In this document: positions 12,471 to 26,300 of the stretch, one piece after another
Position numbering within the stretch: the stretch's first letter is position 1
Layout: each line of letters begins with the position of its first letter
Source of the DNA: Macrostomum lignano
Lineage: Eukaryota
Assembly (NCBI GenBank): GCA_002269645.1
Contig: NIVC01000020.1
Location: 806,001 to 870,000, forward strand
Length of the DNA: 64,000 bases
Direction: 5' to 3'
Made by a program: the position numbers and the translations under genes
Notes under the pieces: model-generated
Told to the model about the DNA's origin: nothing
What the model saw: the letters and a program-made list of their open reading frames with translations, nothing else
Database searches by the model: none

Positions 12471-13393
12471 CCGTGAGAAACTTGTCGGTGCCTCTGCTCC
12501 CTAATAAGCGCGGCTGTCATCGGAGCCTCAGCGGCTCATCTGCCAATTGATACTGCATTGCTGCAGCTCCTAATGCTGCTCACTCATCCCGCCTTGGCTG
12601 AAGGGATCTCAGTTGTCATCTTCGCACTTCTACGTAATTAGTGAATCTTCTGAGCCTCGGCCTTGCCCCGCCCCTCGCTGGGATCCCCGAGCCTCGCGGG
12701 CAAATCAATCAATAATTGGCAAAGGTTTGCAAGCAGAAACAGCTTCATCGTTAATGCAGCTTTATCATGCTATTAATTTTCAATTCACGTAACCGTGCGG
12801 GTTGCGATTCAGTCTTTGGGGGGAGAGGCGACTTTCTAACTGGCTGAGCATCCGGCATGCAGCATCCGCTCTTCATCAGTCACAGTATTTTCTCCCCTTC
12901 CGTTTGTCGGAAGCGTCTGTCGCTGCTGGCTCAACTGAAAAGCGTGAAGCCTCCAGCTTCCTGCATCTTCCCATCTCCATCGGAATTGGGATTATTTTTA
13001 ACTCAGTAGACTATTGAGTGCCTAGCAACGCGCCTTGTTTATTTTGGATACAACCAACCCCTCTATCTATCTGAAGAGCTGTTTTGCTAGTTGCACTGAT
13101 GCCCCAGCGGCCGGATTAAAGACAGGCGGGAGACGCTGAGTCTGAGGCCTGGCCAGTGGGGATTAGCCGGCACGATCCCCTCATTTGATTGATACATACT
13201 TGGTCCTGATGCGCTGCTGCCTACCCTCGCGCTAATCCCCGGTCTGTTTAATCAGCGGACGCCACGCTGATCCTCGGCAAGCAAAATAAACACTGGCAAG
13301 CCGCTTCAAAGCTTTTTTCTGCTGGTAGCCGGCTTCGGCGGCTTCAGGACCGAGACGGGCGGTAAAGTGCAAGGCGACCCACGCTACTCAGCA

Positions 13394-13667
13394 GGGGGGG
13401 GGCATCACAAACCCGAAATATTTCCCGATGTAAACCCGATGCTATGAGTTTTTGACGTTATGATATTTAGGGTTTGTGATATTTTGGGTTTGTGATATTT
13501 CTTGGTTTGTGATACTCGTATTTTGGGTTTGTGATACTTCGGGTTTGTGATGTTTCATGTTTGTGATATTTCTTGGTTTGTGATATTTCGGGTCTGTATC
13601 GGGTTTGTCCATGATCGTTGCTAGCCATTTCGGAGTTGTGATATTTCGGGGTTTATGATGCCGACCC
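13394..13667. mobile_element. Small MITE-like element with inverted ends
   Basis: GGCATCACAAACCCGAAATAT at the left is inverted to ATATTTCGGGGTTTATGATGCC at the right. Direct flanks TCAGCA at 13388-13393 and 13668-13673. Internal GGTTTGTGATATTT repeats. Confidence 0.65.
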
Positions 13668-13845
13668 TCAGCAATAACTGCCCCCCCCCCGGCTATCCCG
13701 CGGCACAGAAGCTAGGAAATTTATATTATTTCTTTATAGCTATTTATAGTTATTTATAGTCGGCGATTTCTAATGCCCCTCCTCATCAACGATCCTTGCT
13801 ACGTCGATGAATGAGGGCTCTCGCGGTGAACGGGTTCGCACTGGA

Positions 13846-14315
13846 TTAGGGGTGTGCAGCTCAGTGGAATAGGGGTGTGCAGCTCAGTGGATTAGGGTTT
13901 GCAGCTCAGAGGATTAGGAGTGTGCAGCTCAGTGAATTAGGGGTGTGCAGCTCAGTGGATTAGGGGTGTGCAGCTCACTGGATTAGGGGTGTGCAGCTCA
14001 GTGAATTAGGGGTGTGCAGCTCACTGGATTAGGGGTGTGCAGCTCAGTAAATTAGGGGTGTGCAGTTCAGTCAATTAGGGGTGTGCAGTTCAGTGGATTA
14101 GGGGTGTGCAGTTAACTGGATTAGGGGTGTGCAGCTCAGTGGATTAGGGGTGTGCAGCTCAGTGGATTAGGGGTGTGCAGCTCAGTGGATTAGGGGTGTG
14201 CAGCTCAGTGAATTAGGGGTGTGCAGCTCAGTGGATTAGGGGTGTGCAGCTCAGTGGATTAGGGGTGTGCAGCTCACTGGATTAGGGGTGTGCAGCTCAG
14301 AGAATTAGGGGTGTC
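13846..14315. repeat. 23-bp minisatellite containing TTAGGG
   Basis: Unit TGGATTAGGGGTGTGCAGCTCAG, about 20 copies. Confidence 0.93.
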
Positions 14316-14922
14316 TACTGAGTTAAATACCTGATGACGGGAACTCAGGGACGCTGTACACCCTGAGTGATCTGTGTGCAGCCTGGAAGGAGATCCTCCG
14401 TAGCGATGGGACTGCTGGATGAAGATGTGCTATGCTGCTATCAACTTTTATCCTAATATGGAAGCGGCAATCATAAAAAGAATCATAAAAATCCCTAATA
14501 CCCATACGCATCACAGCCTCAGTGGGGATCTTGAAGATGACTCCAGTTCGTAACACTCCAAAGGCGCTTTTATTGCGGCTTTTTTCCCAAATTTTCAAAG
14601 TTCACAGCGGAAGGGGGAGGAAGAAGAAGATGGGAACACAGAAAACTGCTCCGGCCTTCAAAACACCCACCCCCCCCCCACTCTGCGCACCAAGCCGGTT
14701 TGCACTGTCCGTCAACAGCAACTTGCGCAAACAAATCCGTCTTTTTCAAAGTCGGCTCGCAATGCGCGGTAGCCGCGATAAATTATGCTAAATTATGCCC
14801 AGTCAACTCACATGGCTTTTCTGTCTTTGAGCTGGGGTGAGCTATTTTGCTTGAGAAGCCGCCTCTGTAGGGTGAGCAATTCAACAAAAGAGCGATACCG
14901 CCTTTGGAGCCTGAACTAGCAT

Positions 14923-15510
14923 GCCGCCTGCACTGGGAATTATTCATTCTGATGAGGAATGGAGGCTGACAACTTCTGAGATCATTCATTCGACTCCATC
15001 CTTTATCATCAGCCTCCATCCTACATCAGTCTCCATCCTTCATCAGCCTTTGCTCTTCATCAGCCTCCATCCTTCATCAACCTTCATCCTTCATCAGCCT
15101 TCATCCTTCATCATCAGTCTCCATCCTTCATCAGCCTCCATCCTTCATCAGCCTCCACCCTTCATCAGCCTTGCGCCTGCACTGGGAATTATTCATGCTG
15201 ATGAGGAATGGAGGCTGACAACTTCTGAGATCATTCATTCTACTCCATCCTTCATCATCAGCCTCCATCCTACATCAGTCTCCATCCTTCATCAGCCTTT
15301 GCTCTTCATCAGCCTCCATCCTTCATCAACCTTCATCCTTCATCAGCCTTCATCCTTCATCATCAGTCTCCATCCTTCATCAGCCTCCATCCTTCATCAG
15401 CCTCCATCCTTCATCAACCTTCATCCTTCATCAGCCTTCATCCTTCATCATCAGTCTCCATCCTTCATCAGCCTCCATCCTTCATCAGCCTCCACCCTCA
15501 TCAGCCTTTG
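14923..15510. repeat. Duplicated ~250-bp block containing CATCCTTCATCAGCCTC repeats
   Basis: Unique head GCCTGCACTGGGAATTATTCAT...GAGGAATGGAGG occurs at about 14925 and 15175. Confidence 0.85.
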
Positions 15511-15939
15511 CTTCCTTATCCAGCAGCTGTCACCGAGAGCTAAAGGATGTCAGTACGAACTGTTATTGCAAAGTGCACGTACACAATCAGCATAGCATTA
15601 CTAACAATAGTAATAACGGTGAGTATTGCAGTATGCGTGCCACTCCCAGGCCGGCATCAATCTTGGCATTCAGGGCCTCCTCGCCAGCGCCCATTCCGCA
15701 GCTCTGAGCGGTCAGGGCAAACAGTCGCTGTCTGGCAGTCCCTGCCAGCCTCCCTAACTGGGCTGGGGCGCTGCGGCAGCACGGCTGAGATGTAGGGGGA
15801 GGGGCGGTCCGGCTGGGAATCTCGCCACTCTACTCATCTCGGCTCCCTTTTCCTCGCATCTCCCTGCTTTCTGAATTCATCCGCTGCTGTCTGTGGCTCT
15901 CGTCTCTTTCCTCTGTTTCGTTTTAGTAGCGAGAGAGGA

Positions 15940-18243
15940 TCAGATAGATATTCAATGGACACGCGATAGATATCAGATAGATATTCAATGGACACGCGAT
16001 AGATATCAGATAGATATTCAATAGACATCCAATAGATTTCAGATAGATATTCAATGGACATCCAATAGATATCAGACAGATATTCAATGGACATCCAATA
16101 GATGCCGGATAGATGCCAGATAGATGTCACATGGATGCCGGATAGATGCCAGATAGATGCCAGATAGATGCCAGATAGATGCCGAATAGATGCCAGATAG
16201 ATGTCACATGGATGCCGGATAGATGCCAGATAGATGCCAGATAGATGCCAGATAGATGCCAGATAGACTCCGGATAGATGCCAGATAGATTCCAGATAGA
16301 TGTCAGATAGATGCCAGATAGATGCCAGATAGATGCCGGATAGATGCCATGCCAGATAGATGCCAGATAGATGCCGGATAGATGCCGGATAGATGCCGGA
16401 TAGATGCCAGATAGATGCCAGATAGACTCCGGATAGATGCCAGATAGATTCCAGATAGATGTCAGATAGATGCCAGATAGATGCCAGATAGATGCCGGAT
16501 AGATGCCAGATAGATGTCACATGGATGCCGGATAGATGCCAGATAGATGCCAGATAGATGCCAGATAGATGCCAGATAGATGCCAGATAGATGCCAGATA
16601 GACTCTGGATAGATGCCAGATAGATTCCAGATAGATGTCAGATAGATGCCAGATAGATGCCAAATAGATGCCAGATAGATGCCGGATAGATGCCAGATAG
16701 ATGTCACATGGATGCCGGATAGATGCCAGATAGATGCCAGATAGATGCCAGATAGATGCCAGATAGATGCCTGATAGATGCCAGATAGATGCCAGATAGA
16801 CTCCGGATAGATGCCAGATAGATTCCAGATAGATGTCAGATAGATGCCAGATAGATGCCAGATAGACTCCGGATAGATGCCAGATAGATTCCAGATAGAT
16901 GTCAGATAGATGCCAGATAGATGCCAGATAGATGCCGGATAGATGCCATGCCAGATAGATGCCAGATAGATGCCGGATAGATGCCGGATAGATGCCGGAT
17001 AGATGCCAGATAGATGCCAGATAGACTCCGGATAGATGCCAGATAGATTCCAGATAGATGTCAGATAGATGCCAGATAGATGCCAGATAGATGCCGGATA
17101 GATGCCATGCCAGATAGATGCCAGATAGATGCCGGATAGATGCCGGATAGATGCCGGATAGATGCCAGATAGATGCCAGATAGACTCCGGATAGATGCCA
17201 GATAGATTCCAGATAGATGTCAGATAGATGCCAGATAGATGCCAGATAGATGCCGGATAGATGCCAGATAGATGTCACATGGATGCCGGATAGATGCCAG
17301 ATAGATGCCAGATAGATGCCAGATAGATGCCAGATAGATGCCAGATAGACTCCGGATAGATGCCAGATAGATTCCAGATAGATGTCAGATAGATGCCAGA
17401 TAGATGCCAAATAGATGCCAGATAGATGCCGGATAGATGCCAGATAGATGTCACATGGATGCCGGATAGATGCCAGATAGATGCCAGATAGATGCCAGAT
17501 AGATGCCAGATAGATGCCTGATAGATGCCAGATAGATGCCAGATAGACTCCGGATAGATGCCAGATAGATTCCAGATAGATGTCAGATAGATGCCAGATA
17601 GATGCCAGATAGACTCCGGATAGATGCCAGATAGATTCCAGATAGATGTCAGATAGATGCCAGATAGATGCCAGATAGATGCCGGATAGATGCCATGCCA
17701 GATAGATGCCAGATAGATGCCGGATAGATGCCGGATAGATGCCGGATAGATGCCAGATAGATGCCAGATAGACTCCGGATAGATGCCAGATAGATTCCAG
17801 ATAGATGTCAGATAGATGCCAGATAGATGCCAGATAGATGCCGGATAGATGCCAGATAGATGTCACATGGATGCCGGATAGATGCCAGATAGATGCCAGA
17901 TAGATGCCAGATAGATGCCAGATAGATGCCAGATAGACTCCGGATAGATGCCAGATAGATTCCAGATAGATGTCAGATAGATGCCAGATAGATGCCAAAT
18001 AGATGCCAGATAGATGCCGGATAGATGCCAGATAGATGTCACATGGATGCCGGATAGATGCCAGATAGATGCCAGATAGATGCCAGATAGATGCCAGATA
18101 GACTCCGGATAGATGCCAGATAGATTCCAGATAGATGTCAGATAGATGCCAGATAGATGCCAGATAGATGCCGGATAGATGCCAGATAGATGCCGGATAG
18201 ATGCCAGATAGATGCCAGATAGATGCCGGATAGATGCCAGATA
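15940..18243. repeat. 2.3-kb 11-bp satellite with higher-order structure
   Basis: Unit AGATAGATGCC with recurring ordered variants. Confidence 0.95.
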
Positions 18244-18514
18244 CTCGTAGGCTGCAAGCCATGCAGCGGAGACCCGGGCAGAGGCGGTCTGAGCGCTTTG
18301 AATAAAGGAAGGGTGGGCGCTGGGCGGACTTTGTCAAACTTGTCGCTGTCGCATAGGGGCTGCCGCAGCCCTCAGAGAGGTCGAAGGAGTAGCGGCGGGG
18401 ATTTGATTAGAGCGGCAATTTTGGCTGTGAGAGGCGTGGGGGAATGAAATTATCCCGGAGCTCTTGGAGTGCTCAGCTGCCCCTAATGCAATTTTCCTGC
18501 GTTGCACAGCTGGA

Positions 18515-19003
18515 TTCAGGTTCGGGTTCCCGATTTCAGATTCGGGTCCCCGATTTCAGATTCGAGTTCCCATTTTCAGATTCGGGTTCCTGATTTCAGA
18601 TTCAAGTTCTCGATTTCGGATTCGGGTTCCTGATTTTGGATTCGGGTTTCCGATTTCAGATTCGGGTTCCTGATTTCAGATTCAAGTTCTCGATTTCGGA
18701 TTCGGGTTCCCGATTTCAGATTCGGGTTTCCGATTTCAGATTCGGGTTTCCGATTTCAGATTCGGGTTTCCGATTTCAGATTCGGGTTTCCGATTTCAGA
18801 TTCAGTTCTCGATTTCGGATTCGGGTTCTCGATTTCGGATTCGGGTCCCCGATTTCAGATTCGAGTTCCCGATTTCGGATTCGGGTTCCCCATTTTGGAT
18901 TCGGGTTCTCGATTTCGGATTCGGGTTCCCGATTTCAGATTCGGGTTCCCGATTTCAGATCCGGGTTTCTGATTTCAGATTCGGGTTCCTGATTTCAGAT
19001 TCG
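18515..19003. repeat. 20-bp minisatellite
   Basis: Unit TTCGGGTTCCCGATTTCAGA. Confidence 0.9.
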
Positions 19004-19289
19004 GTCCGCGGTCGGGAACCCAGCTTAATTAGCCACTTCATTAGCTGGACTGTGCTGACCAGGCTGCCGCTAAACACTGATTAGCACCTTGGGAAATCTG
19101 AGTGATTAGTCGGGAAATATTCGATCAAACAGTCGATTGCAGGGGATGCAGTCGGCGCAGTGTGGATTCTTCCGGCTCGGCAGGGCGGGCTGGGTGCTGC
19201 TCATAAAATCCGTGGGCTCGCGGTCATAAAGTGCTGCTCATAAAATCCGTGGGCTCGCGGTCATAAAGTGCTGCTCACAATCACAATGA

Positions 19290-21200
19290 CAACCATGACC
19301 ATCTCATCACTAATCAGCAGGATAATCATGACCATCTCATCATCAATCAGCAGGATAATCATGACCATCTCAACACCAATCAGCAGGATAATCATGACCA
19401 TCTCATCAACAATCAGCAGGATAATCATGACCATCTCATCATCAATCAGCAGGATAATCATGACCATCTCATCATCAATCAGCAGGATAATCATGAGCAT
19501 CTCATCATCAATCAGCAGGATAATCATGACCATCTCATCACCAATCAGCAGGATAATCATGACCATCTCATCATCAATCAGCAGGATAATCATGAGCATC
19601 TCATCATCAATCAGCAGGATAATCATGACCATCTCATCATCAATCAGCAGGATAATCATAACCATCTCATCATCAATCAGCAGGATAATCATAACCATCT
19701 CATCATCAATCAGCAGGATAATCATGACCATCTCATCACCAATCAGCAGGATAATCATGAGCATCTCATCATCAATCAGCAGGATAATCATGACCATCTC
19801 ATCACCAATCAGCAGGATAATCATGACCATCTCAACACTGATCAGCAGGATAATCCTGACCATCTCATCACCAATCAGCAGGATAATCATGACCATCTCA
19901 TCATCAATCAGCAGGATAATCATGACCATCTCATCATCAATCAGCAGGATAATCATGACCATCTCATCATCAATCAGCAGGATAATCATGACCATCTCAT
20001 CACCAATCAGCAGGATAATCATGAGCATCTCATCATCAATCAGCAGGATAATCATGACCATCTCATCACCAATCAGCAGGATAATCATGAGCATCTCATC
20101 ATCAATCAGCAGGATAATCATGACCATCTCATCACCAATCAGCAGGATAATCATAACCATCTCATCATCAATCAGCAGGATAATCATGACCATCTCATCA
20201 CCAATCAGCAGGATAATCATGAGCATCTCATCATCAATCAGCAGGATAATCATGACCATCTCATCACCAATCAGCAGGATAATCATGACCATCTCAACAC
20301 TGATCAGCAGGATAATCCTGACCATCTCATCACCAATCAGCAGGATAATCATGACCATCTCATCATCAATCAGCAGGATAATCATGACCATCTCATCATC
20401 AATCAGCAGGATAATCATGACCATCTCATCATCAATCAGCAGGATAATCATGACCATCTCATCACCAATCAGCAGGATAATCATGACCATCTCATCATCA
20501 ATCAGCAGGATAATCATGACCATCTCATCATCAATCAGCAGGATAATCATGACCATCTCATCATCAATCAGCAGGATAATCATAACCATCTCATCATCAA
20601 TCAGCAGGATAATCATGACCATCTCAACACTAATCAGCAGGATAATCATGAGCATCTCATCATCAATCAGCAGGATAATCATGACCATCTCATCATCAAT
20701 CAGCAGGATAATCATGACCATCTCATCATCAATCAGCAGGATAATCATGACCATCTCATCATCAATCAGCAGGATAATCATGACCATCTCATCATCAATC
20801 AGCAGGATAATCATGAGCATCTCATCATCAATCAGCAGGATAATCATGACCATCTCATCATCAATCAGCAGGATAATCATGAGCATCTCATCATCAATCA
20901 GCAGGATAATCATGACCATCTCAACACTAATCAGCAGGATAATCCTGACCATCTCATCACCAATCAGCAGGATAATCATGACCATCTCATCATCAATCAG
21001 CAGGATAATCATGACCATCTCATCATCAATCAGCAGGATAATCATGAGCATCTCATCATCAATGAGCAGGATAATCATGACCATCTCATCATCAATCAGC
21101 AGGATAATCATGAGCATCTCATCATCAATCAGCAGGATAATCATGACCATCTCATCATCAATCAGCAGGATAATCATGACCATCTCATCACTAATCAGCA
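19290..21200. repeat. 1.9-kb 33-bp minisatellite
   Basis: Unit ATCAGCAGGATAATCATGACCATCTCATCATCA, about 57 copies. Confidence 0.95.
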
Positions 21201-21779
21201 AGAAAATCATTTCCATAGCAACTCCAAGAGTTTTCAACATCCACTTGAGTGACTGCACCAAAGCATATTTGCCCTGTGTCTCACAGCTCACGCAAGCAGA
21301 AGTCACTCCAGCCTTCTCATGCCAATATCATTTACTCAGTCCAACAAAAATGCAGCAAATTGCTTTTTTCAATTTCTGCTAAAGCCCGGACTTGCCGGCC
21401 ACCCCCGGCTGCCCAGGTGTGTCAATCAATGCGGTCTGCGTGCCAAGCTCATTCCGGGTGCCCTTCCCTGTGGCAGCTCACGAGGTGAATCTCTGTTGAG
21501 CTGGGAGAAAAACTGCTCAAAATGGAAGTTGTAGAAAATGCCCCCTCCCCAAAGCCGGGACAGCAAAGTTGGCTGTTGAGGAGCTGGGAAGATTCTGGCA
21601 GCGGCATAATGCGGCTGCTGGATGCTTCATCTGCCAGGCCGCCTCATCCAAGATTCAGCAATATTCTGCCACCTCTTTGCTGCTTTGGCAGGAAAAAGCA
21701 ATGCTGCTTCTGCCTTTTATTTTATGACACTTTCAGATCTGAATGGAATGAGCTGTCTCACTTTAATGTGTTCTCCCTG

Positions 21780-22490
21780 AGAGTCTGAGAGAATCTCTCT
21801 GAAGTCTGGGACAATCTCTCTGTGAGAGTCTGAGACAATCTCTGTTAGAGTCTGAGACAATCTCTCTGAAGTCTGGGACAATCTCTCTGTGAGAGTCTGA
21901 GAACATCTCTGTTAGAGTCTGAGACAATCTCTGTGAGAGTCTGAGACAATCTCTGTGAGAGTCTAAGACAATCTCTGTGAGAGTCTGAGACAATCACTGT
22001 GAGAGTCTGAGACAATCTCTGTGAGAGTCTGAGGCAACCTCTCTGTGAGAGTCTGAGGCAACCTCTCTGTGAGAGTCTGAGGCAACCTCTCTGTGAGAGT
22101 CTGAGACAATCTCTCTGTGAGAGTCTGAGGCAATCTCTATTAGAGCCTGAGACAATCTCTGTGAGATTCTGAGACAATTTCTGTGAGAGTCTGAGGCAAC
22201 CTCTCTGTGAGAGTCTGAGACAATCTCTCTGTGAGAGTCTGAGGCAATCTCTATTAGAGCCTGAGACAATCTCTGTGAGATTCTGAGACAATTTCTGTGA
22301 GAGTCTGAGACAATCTCTCTGTGAGAGTCTGAGACAATCTCTATTAGAGTCTGAGACAATCTCTGTGAGAGTCTGAGACAATCTCTCTGAAGTCTGGGAC
22401 AATCTCTCTGTGAGATTCTGAGACAATCTCTGTGAGAATCTAGGACAATCTCTGTTAGGGTCTGAGGCAACCTCTGTAAGAGTCTGAGAG
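21780..22490. repeat. 22-24-bp minisatellite
   Basis: Unit GAGAGTCTGAGACAATCTCTGT. Confidence 0.92.
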
Positions 22491-22994
22491 ACAGTTTAAG
22501 TCGCAAACAAAAAGGATTCAAATACTTTGATCTGCATTTTCACAATTGTTGGCAAATACCCGAACCAACTCTCATATATTTGAATTGTGCCGCTTACCGG
22601 GGTGGGTGCAACAGGCAATTGCAGTGGGGTTGCGCAAAGCTAAAAATAGTATCTTAGGCATAAGCAGAAGCATTAAGTATAATGTATCAATATTCATTGT
22701 CTGCCAAGGGGAAATTTACATTTTGTGACTGTCGCATCATCTGCTGCGGCGAGTGAAGCCGCAGTTTCTCCCTTGTCCCGTAGCTGGAGAAAATCGGCAC
22801 CGGATTCCTGCGCCAATTCTTGCATTTTTCTCTGCTTCTAAAAGCAGCTTAGGCCGGACTTGGACGCCCAGAAGTGCCGCGAGATGCGGCAGCAATTAAT
22901 GATGCATGATGAGGCTGAGGATTCTGAGAGAGGAGCTGCCTGCCAGCCTTGCCAGAAAGTGAGCGCCTTGAATGGCCAGGGGCAGCTGTGGGAG

Positions 22995-23303
22995 CCCTCA
23001 TCACTCTGGCCTGTACACCCTCATCACTCTGGCCTGTACATCAACCATGTACACCCTCATCAATCTCGTACACCCTATCAATCCTGTACGCCCTCATCAA
23101 TCTTGTACACCCTCATCAATCTTGTACACCCTCATCAATCTTGTACACCCTCATCAATCTTGTACACCCTCATCAATCTTGTACACCCTCATCAATCTTG
23201 TACACCCTCATCAATCTTGTACACCCTCATCAATCTTGTACACCCTCATCAATCTTGTACACCCTATCAATCTTGTACACCCTATCAATCTTGTACACCC
23301 ATG
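22995..23303. repeat. 19-bp minisatellite immediately 3' of the GPCR stop
   Basis: Unit TGTACACCCTCATCAATCT. Confidence 0.9.
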
Positions 23304-23313
23304 CACCCCAAAG

Positions 23314-26300
23314 TCAGTCAAAGTCGGCGCCCGAGCCGCCCGCGCCATCCAGCCGCTGCAGCTCGTAGGCCCTCCGACATGCCGAGCTCTCATCCTCCTC
23401 TTCGGCGCAGGAGCACCTCGCTTTCTTCTGCTGCTGCTGCTGGCGACCCCGCCGGCTTCCCGAGGCTGCCCCGGCAGTCGAAGAATTTCTCTTCTGCTTG
23501 AGCGGCGCCTCGTTGCCGCTGGCGCCCTGGCTGCGCCGCCTTCGGCGCCGGCGCCAGCGGTCGCAGGGCCAGCAGAGGAGGTCGCGCAGGCTCTGCCGGA
23601 ACTTCTTGCCGATGACGCAGTAGAGAATGAAGTTCAGGCAGGAGTTGATGAGCACCAGGAAGTTGGTGGCCACAATCAGCAGCTGCATCTGCTGCTGGTA
23701 CTTCTCGGAGGGCCTGGCGACCGTCTCGATGATGGTGAGCAGCACGTTGGGCAGCATGAACAGGTAGAAGGACACCACGATGGCCAGGGACACATAGGTC
23801 AGCTGCGCCTCCTTCTCCTGCCGGCGGGTCACCTGCGGAATCGAGCGAATGCCGCCTCTGGCGCGTCAGAGCCTGTGTACAGTTGTCAGTACCTGTGTCA
23901 GAGCCTGTGTACAGTTGTCAGCACCTGTGTCAGAGCCTGTGCACAGTTATCAGCACCTGTGTCAGAGCTTGTGCACAGTTGTCAGCATCTGTGTCAGAGC
24001 CTGTGCACAATTGTCAGCACCTGTGTCAGAGCCTGTGCACAGTTGTCAGCACCTGTGTCAGAGCTTGTGCACAGTTGTCAGCATCTGTGTCAGAGCCTGT
24101 GCACAATTGTCAGCATCTGTGTCAGAGCCTGTGCACAATTGTCAGCACCTGTGTCAGAGCCTGTGTACAATGATAGCAGAATAGCAGGATAGCAGAATAG
24201 CTATTTGCTATTTGCTATCCTGCTATCCTAGCATTTGCTATCCTAGCAATGATTAAGCACCTGTCAGCAGTGATTAAGCACCTCTCAGCAGTGATTAAGC
24301 ACATGTCAGTAGTGATTAAGCACCTGTCAGTCGGGATTAAGAATCTGTCAGTAGTGATTAAGCACCTGTCAGCAGTGATTAAGCATCTGTCAGTAGGGAT
24401 TAAGCATCTGTCAGTAGTGATTAAGCATCTGTCAGTAGTGATTAAGCATCTGTCAGTAGTGATTAAGCATCTGTCAGTAGGGATTAAGCATCTGTCAGTA
24501 GTGATTAAGCACCTGTCAGCAGTGATTAAGCACCTGTCAGCAGTGATTAAGCATCTGTCAGTAGGGATTAAGCATCTGTCAGTAGTGATTGAGCATCTGT
24601 CAGTAGGGATTAAGCACCTGTCAGTAGTGATTAAGCATCTGTCAGTAGTGATTAAGCATCTGTCAGCAGTGATTAAGCATCTGTCAGTAGTGATTAAGCA
24701 CCTTTCAGCAGTGATTAAGCACCTGTCAGCAGTGATTAAGCATCTGTCAGTAGGGATTAAGCATCTGTCAGTAGTGATTGAGCATCTGTCAGTAGGGATT
24801 AAGCACCTGTCAGTAGTGATTAAGCACCTGTCAGCAGTGATTAAGCATCTGTCAGTAGTAATTAAGCACCTGTCAGTAGGGATTAAGCATCTGTCAGTAG
24901 TGATTGAGCACCTGTCAGCGAATCCCAGTCTATAAAATACCCCCATTTCATCCAATCCAATGCGACTAAATTGACATTAAATTAAAATTGCATTCTTAAT
25001 TGACGCCAAAACTTACTAAATGCAGTTGTAATGAATCAATTCCCAAAAATGGTTTCAATGATGAATTTCATTCGTCCTGCTCTCTGCATCCCTCTCAGTC
25101 TGAGTCTCAGTCCGATGCGGGCGCCTTCTCGCAGCAGAATTCAATCAGAGCGCCGCTCTGAGTGGCACTCGTGCGAGTGGCCATTACTGATTTCTTGTCT
25201 GCTCGGCCTCTTGGCAACTGGCTGTGCCCGCCATTTGCGGGCTCTCATCCGGCTTTTGGAGGCTCTGAACTGCCGACAGATTGACTGTCTGCGATGCAGA
25301 GGCCGTCACCCCTAATGCCATCATCCCTAATGCCATCATCCCTAATGCCATCATCCCTAATGTCATCATCCCTAATGCCATCATCCCTAATGTCATCATC
25401 CCTAATGCCATCATCCCTAATGTCATCATCCCTAATGCCATCATCCCTAATGCCATCATCCCTAATGCCGTCATCCCTAATGCCATCATCCCTAATGCCA
25501 TCATCCCTAATGCCATCATCCCTAATGCCATTATCCCTAATGCCGTCATCCCTAATGCCATTATCCCTAATGCCGTCATCCCTAATGCCATTATCCCTAA
25601 TGCCGTCATCCCTAATGCCATTATCCCTAATGCCGTCATCCCTAATGCCATTATCCCTAATGCCGTCATCCCTAATGCCATTATCCCTAATGCCACCATC
25701 CCTAATACCATTATCCCTAATGCCGTCATCCCTAATGCCATTATCCCTAATGCCACCATCCCTAATACCATCATTACTAATGCCATTATCCCAGAATATG
25801 GCAGTGGGACTAGCTGCCATTATCCCAGAATATGGCAGTGGGACTAGCTGCCATCCCAGCCACCGAGAACCCGCCGCTGCGCACCTGCCACATGTTGATG
25901 CTCCTGCGCAGCGACCTGGCGATGCGGATGTTCATGAAGGTGATGGCCGTCACGGGGATGATGAAGTAGAACAGCGAGTACAGCACCCCGGAGTAGATCA
26001 CCTCGTACAGCCCGGTTGCGGTGCCGTTGCCAGGCCGCTGCATCCACGGCGCCAGGACGTAGCCGGAGACGAGGACCTCGCAGCCGCTGCCGTTCGCCGG
26101 CCTGGCCCGGTAGCAGCCGAACTGCTCGGCCGAGTTGCGCACCAGCTGCGCCCGCTTCCACGCCTGACTGTCCGCCAGGTCATCCCCGATGGGGAAATCG
26201 AACACCTCCAGCTCGAAGAACTTCGGCACATTGTAGGCCGCGCTCAGCAGCAGCACCAGGCCGATGTTGCGGTACACGGCGCGGCCGGCGGGCTTGCCGT

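Noticed and set aside
13846-14315. Possible interstitial telomere
   Set aside because: TTAGGG appears only once per 23-bp unit; there is no (TTAGGG)n tract.
14323-14598. Unique CpG-poor stretch with short ORFs between arrays
   Set aside because: Stops occur in the plausible frames and there is no motif; possibly a TE remnant, but unsupported.
15834-18337. Long minus-strand ORFs up to 606 aa
   Set aside because: They are translations of the 11-bp AGATAGATGCC satellite.
21200-21340. Protein-like minus-strand stretch (CVSCETQGKYALVQSLKWML)
   Set aside because: No recognisable family or clear splice sites; it merges into the 33-bp array.
19261-21382. 704-aa and 681-aa ORFs on opposite strands
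   Set aside because: Both are translations of a stop-free 33-bp minisatellite; no domain, splice or codon evidence.
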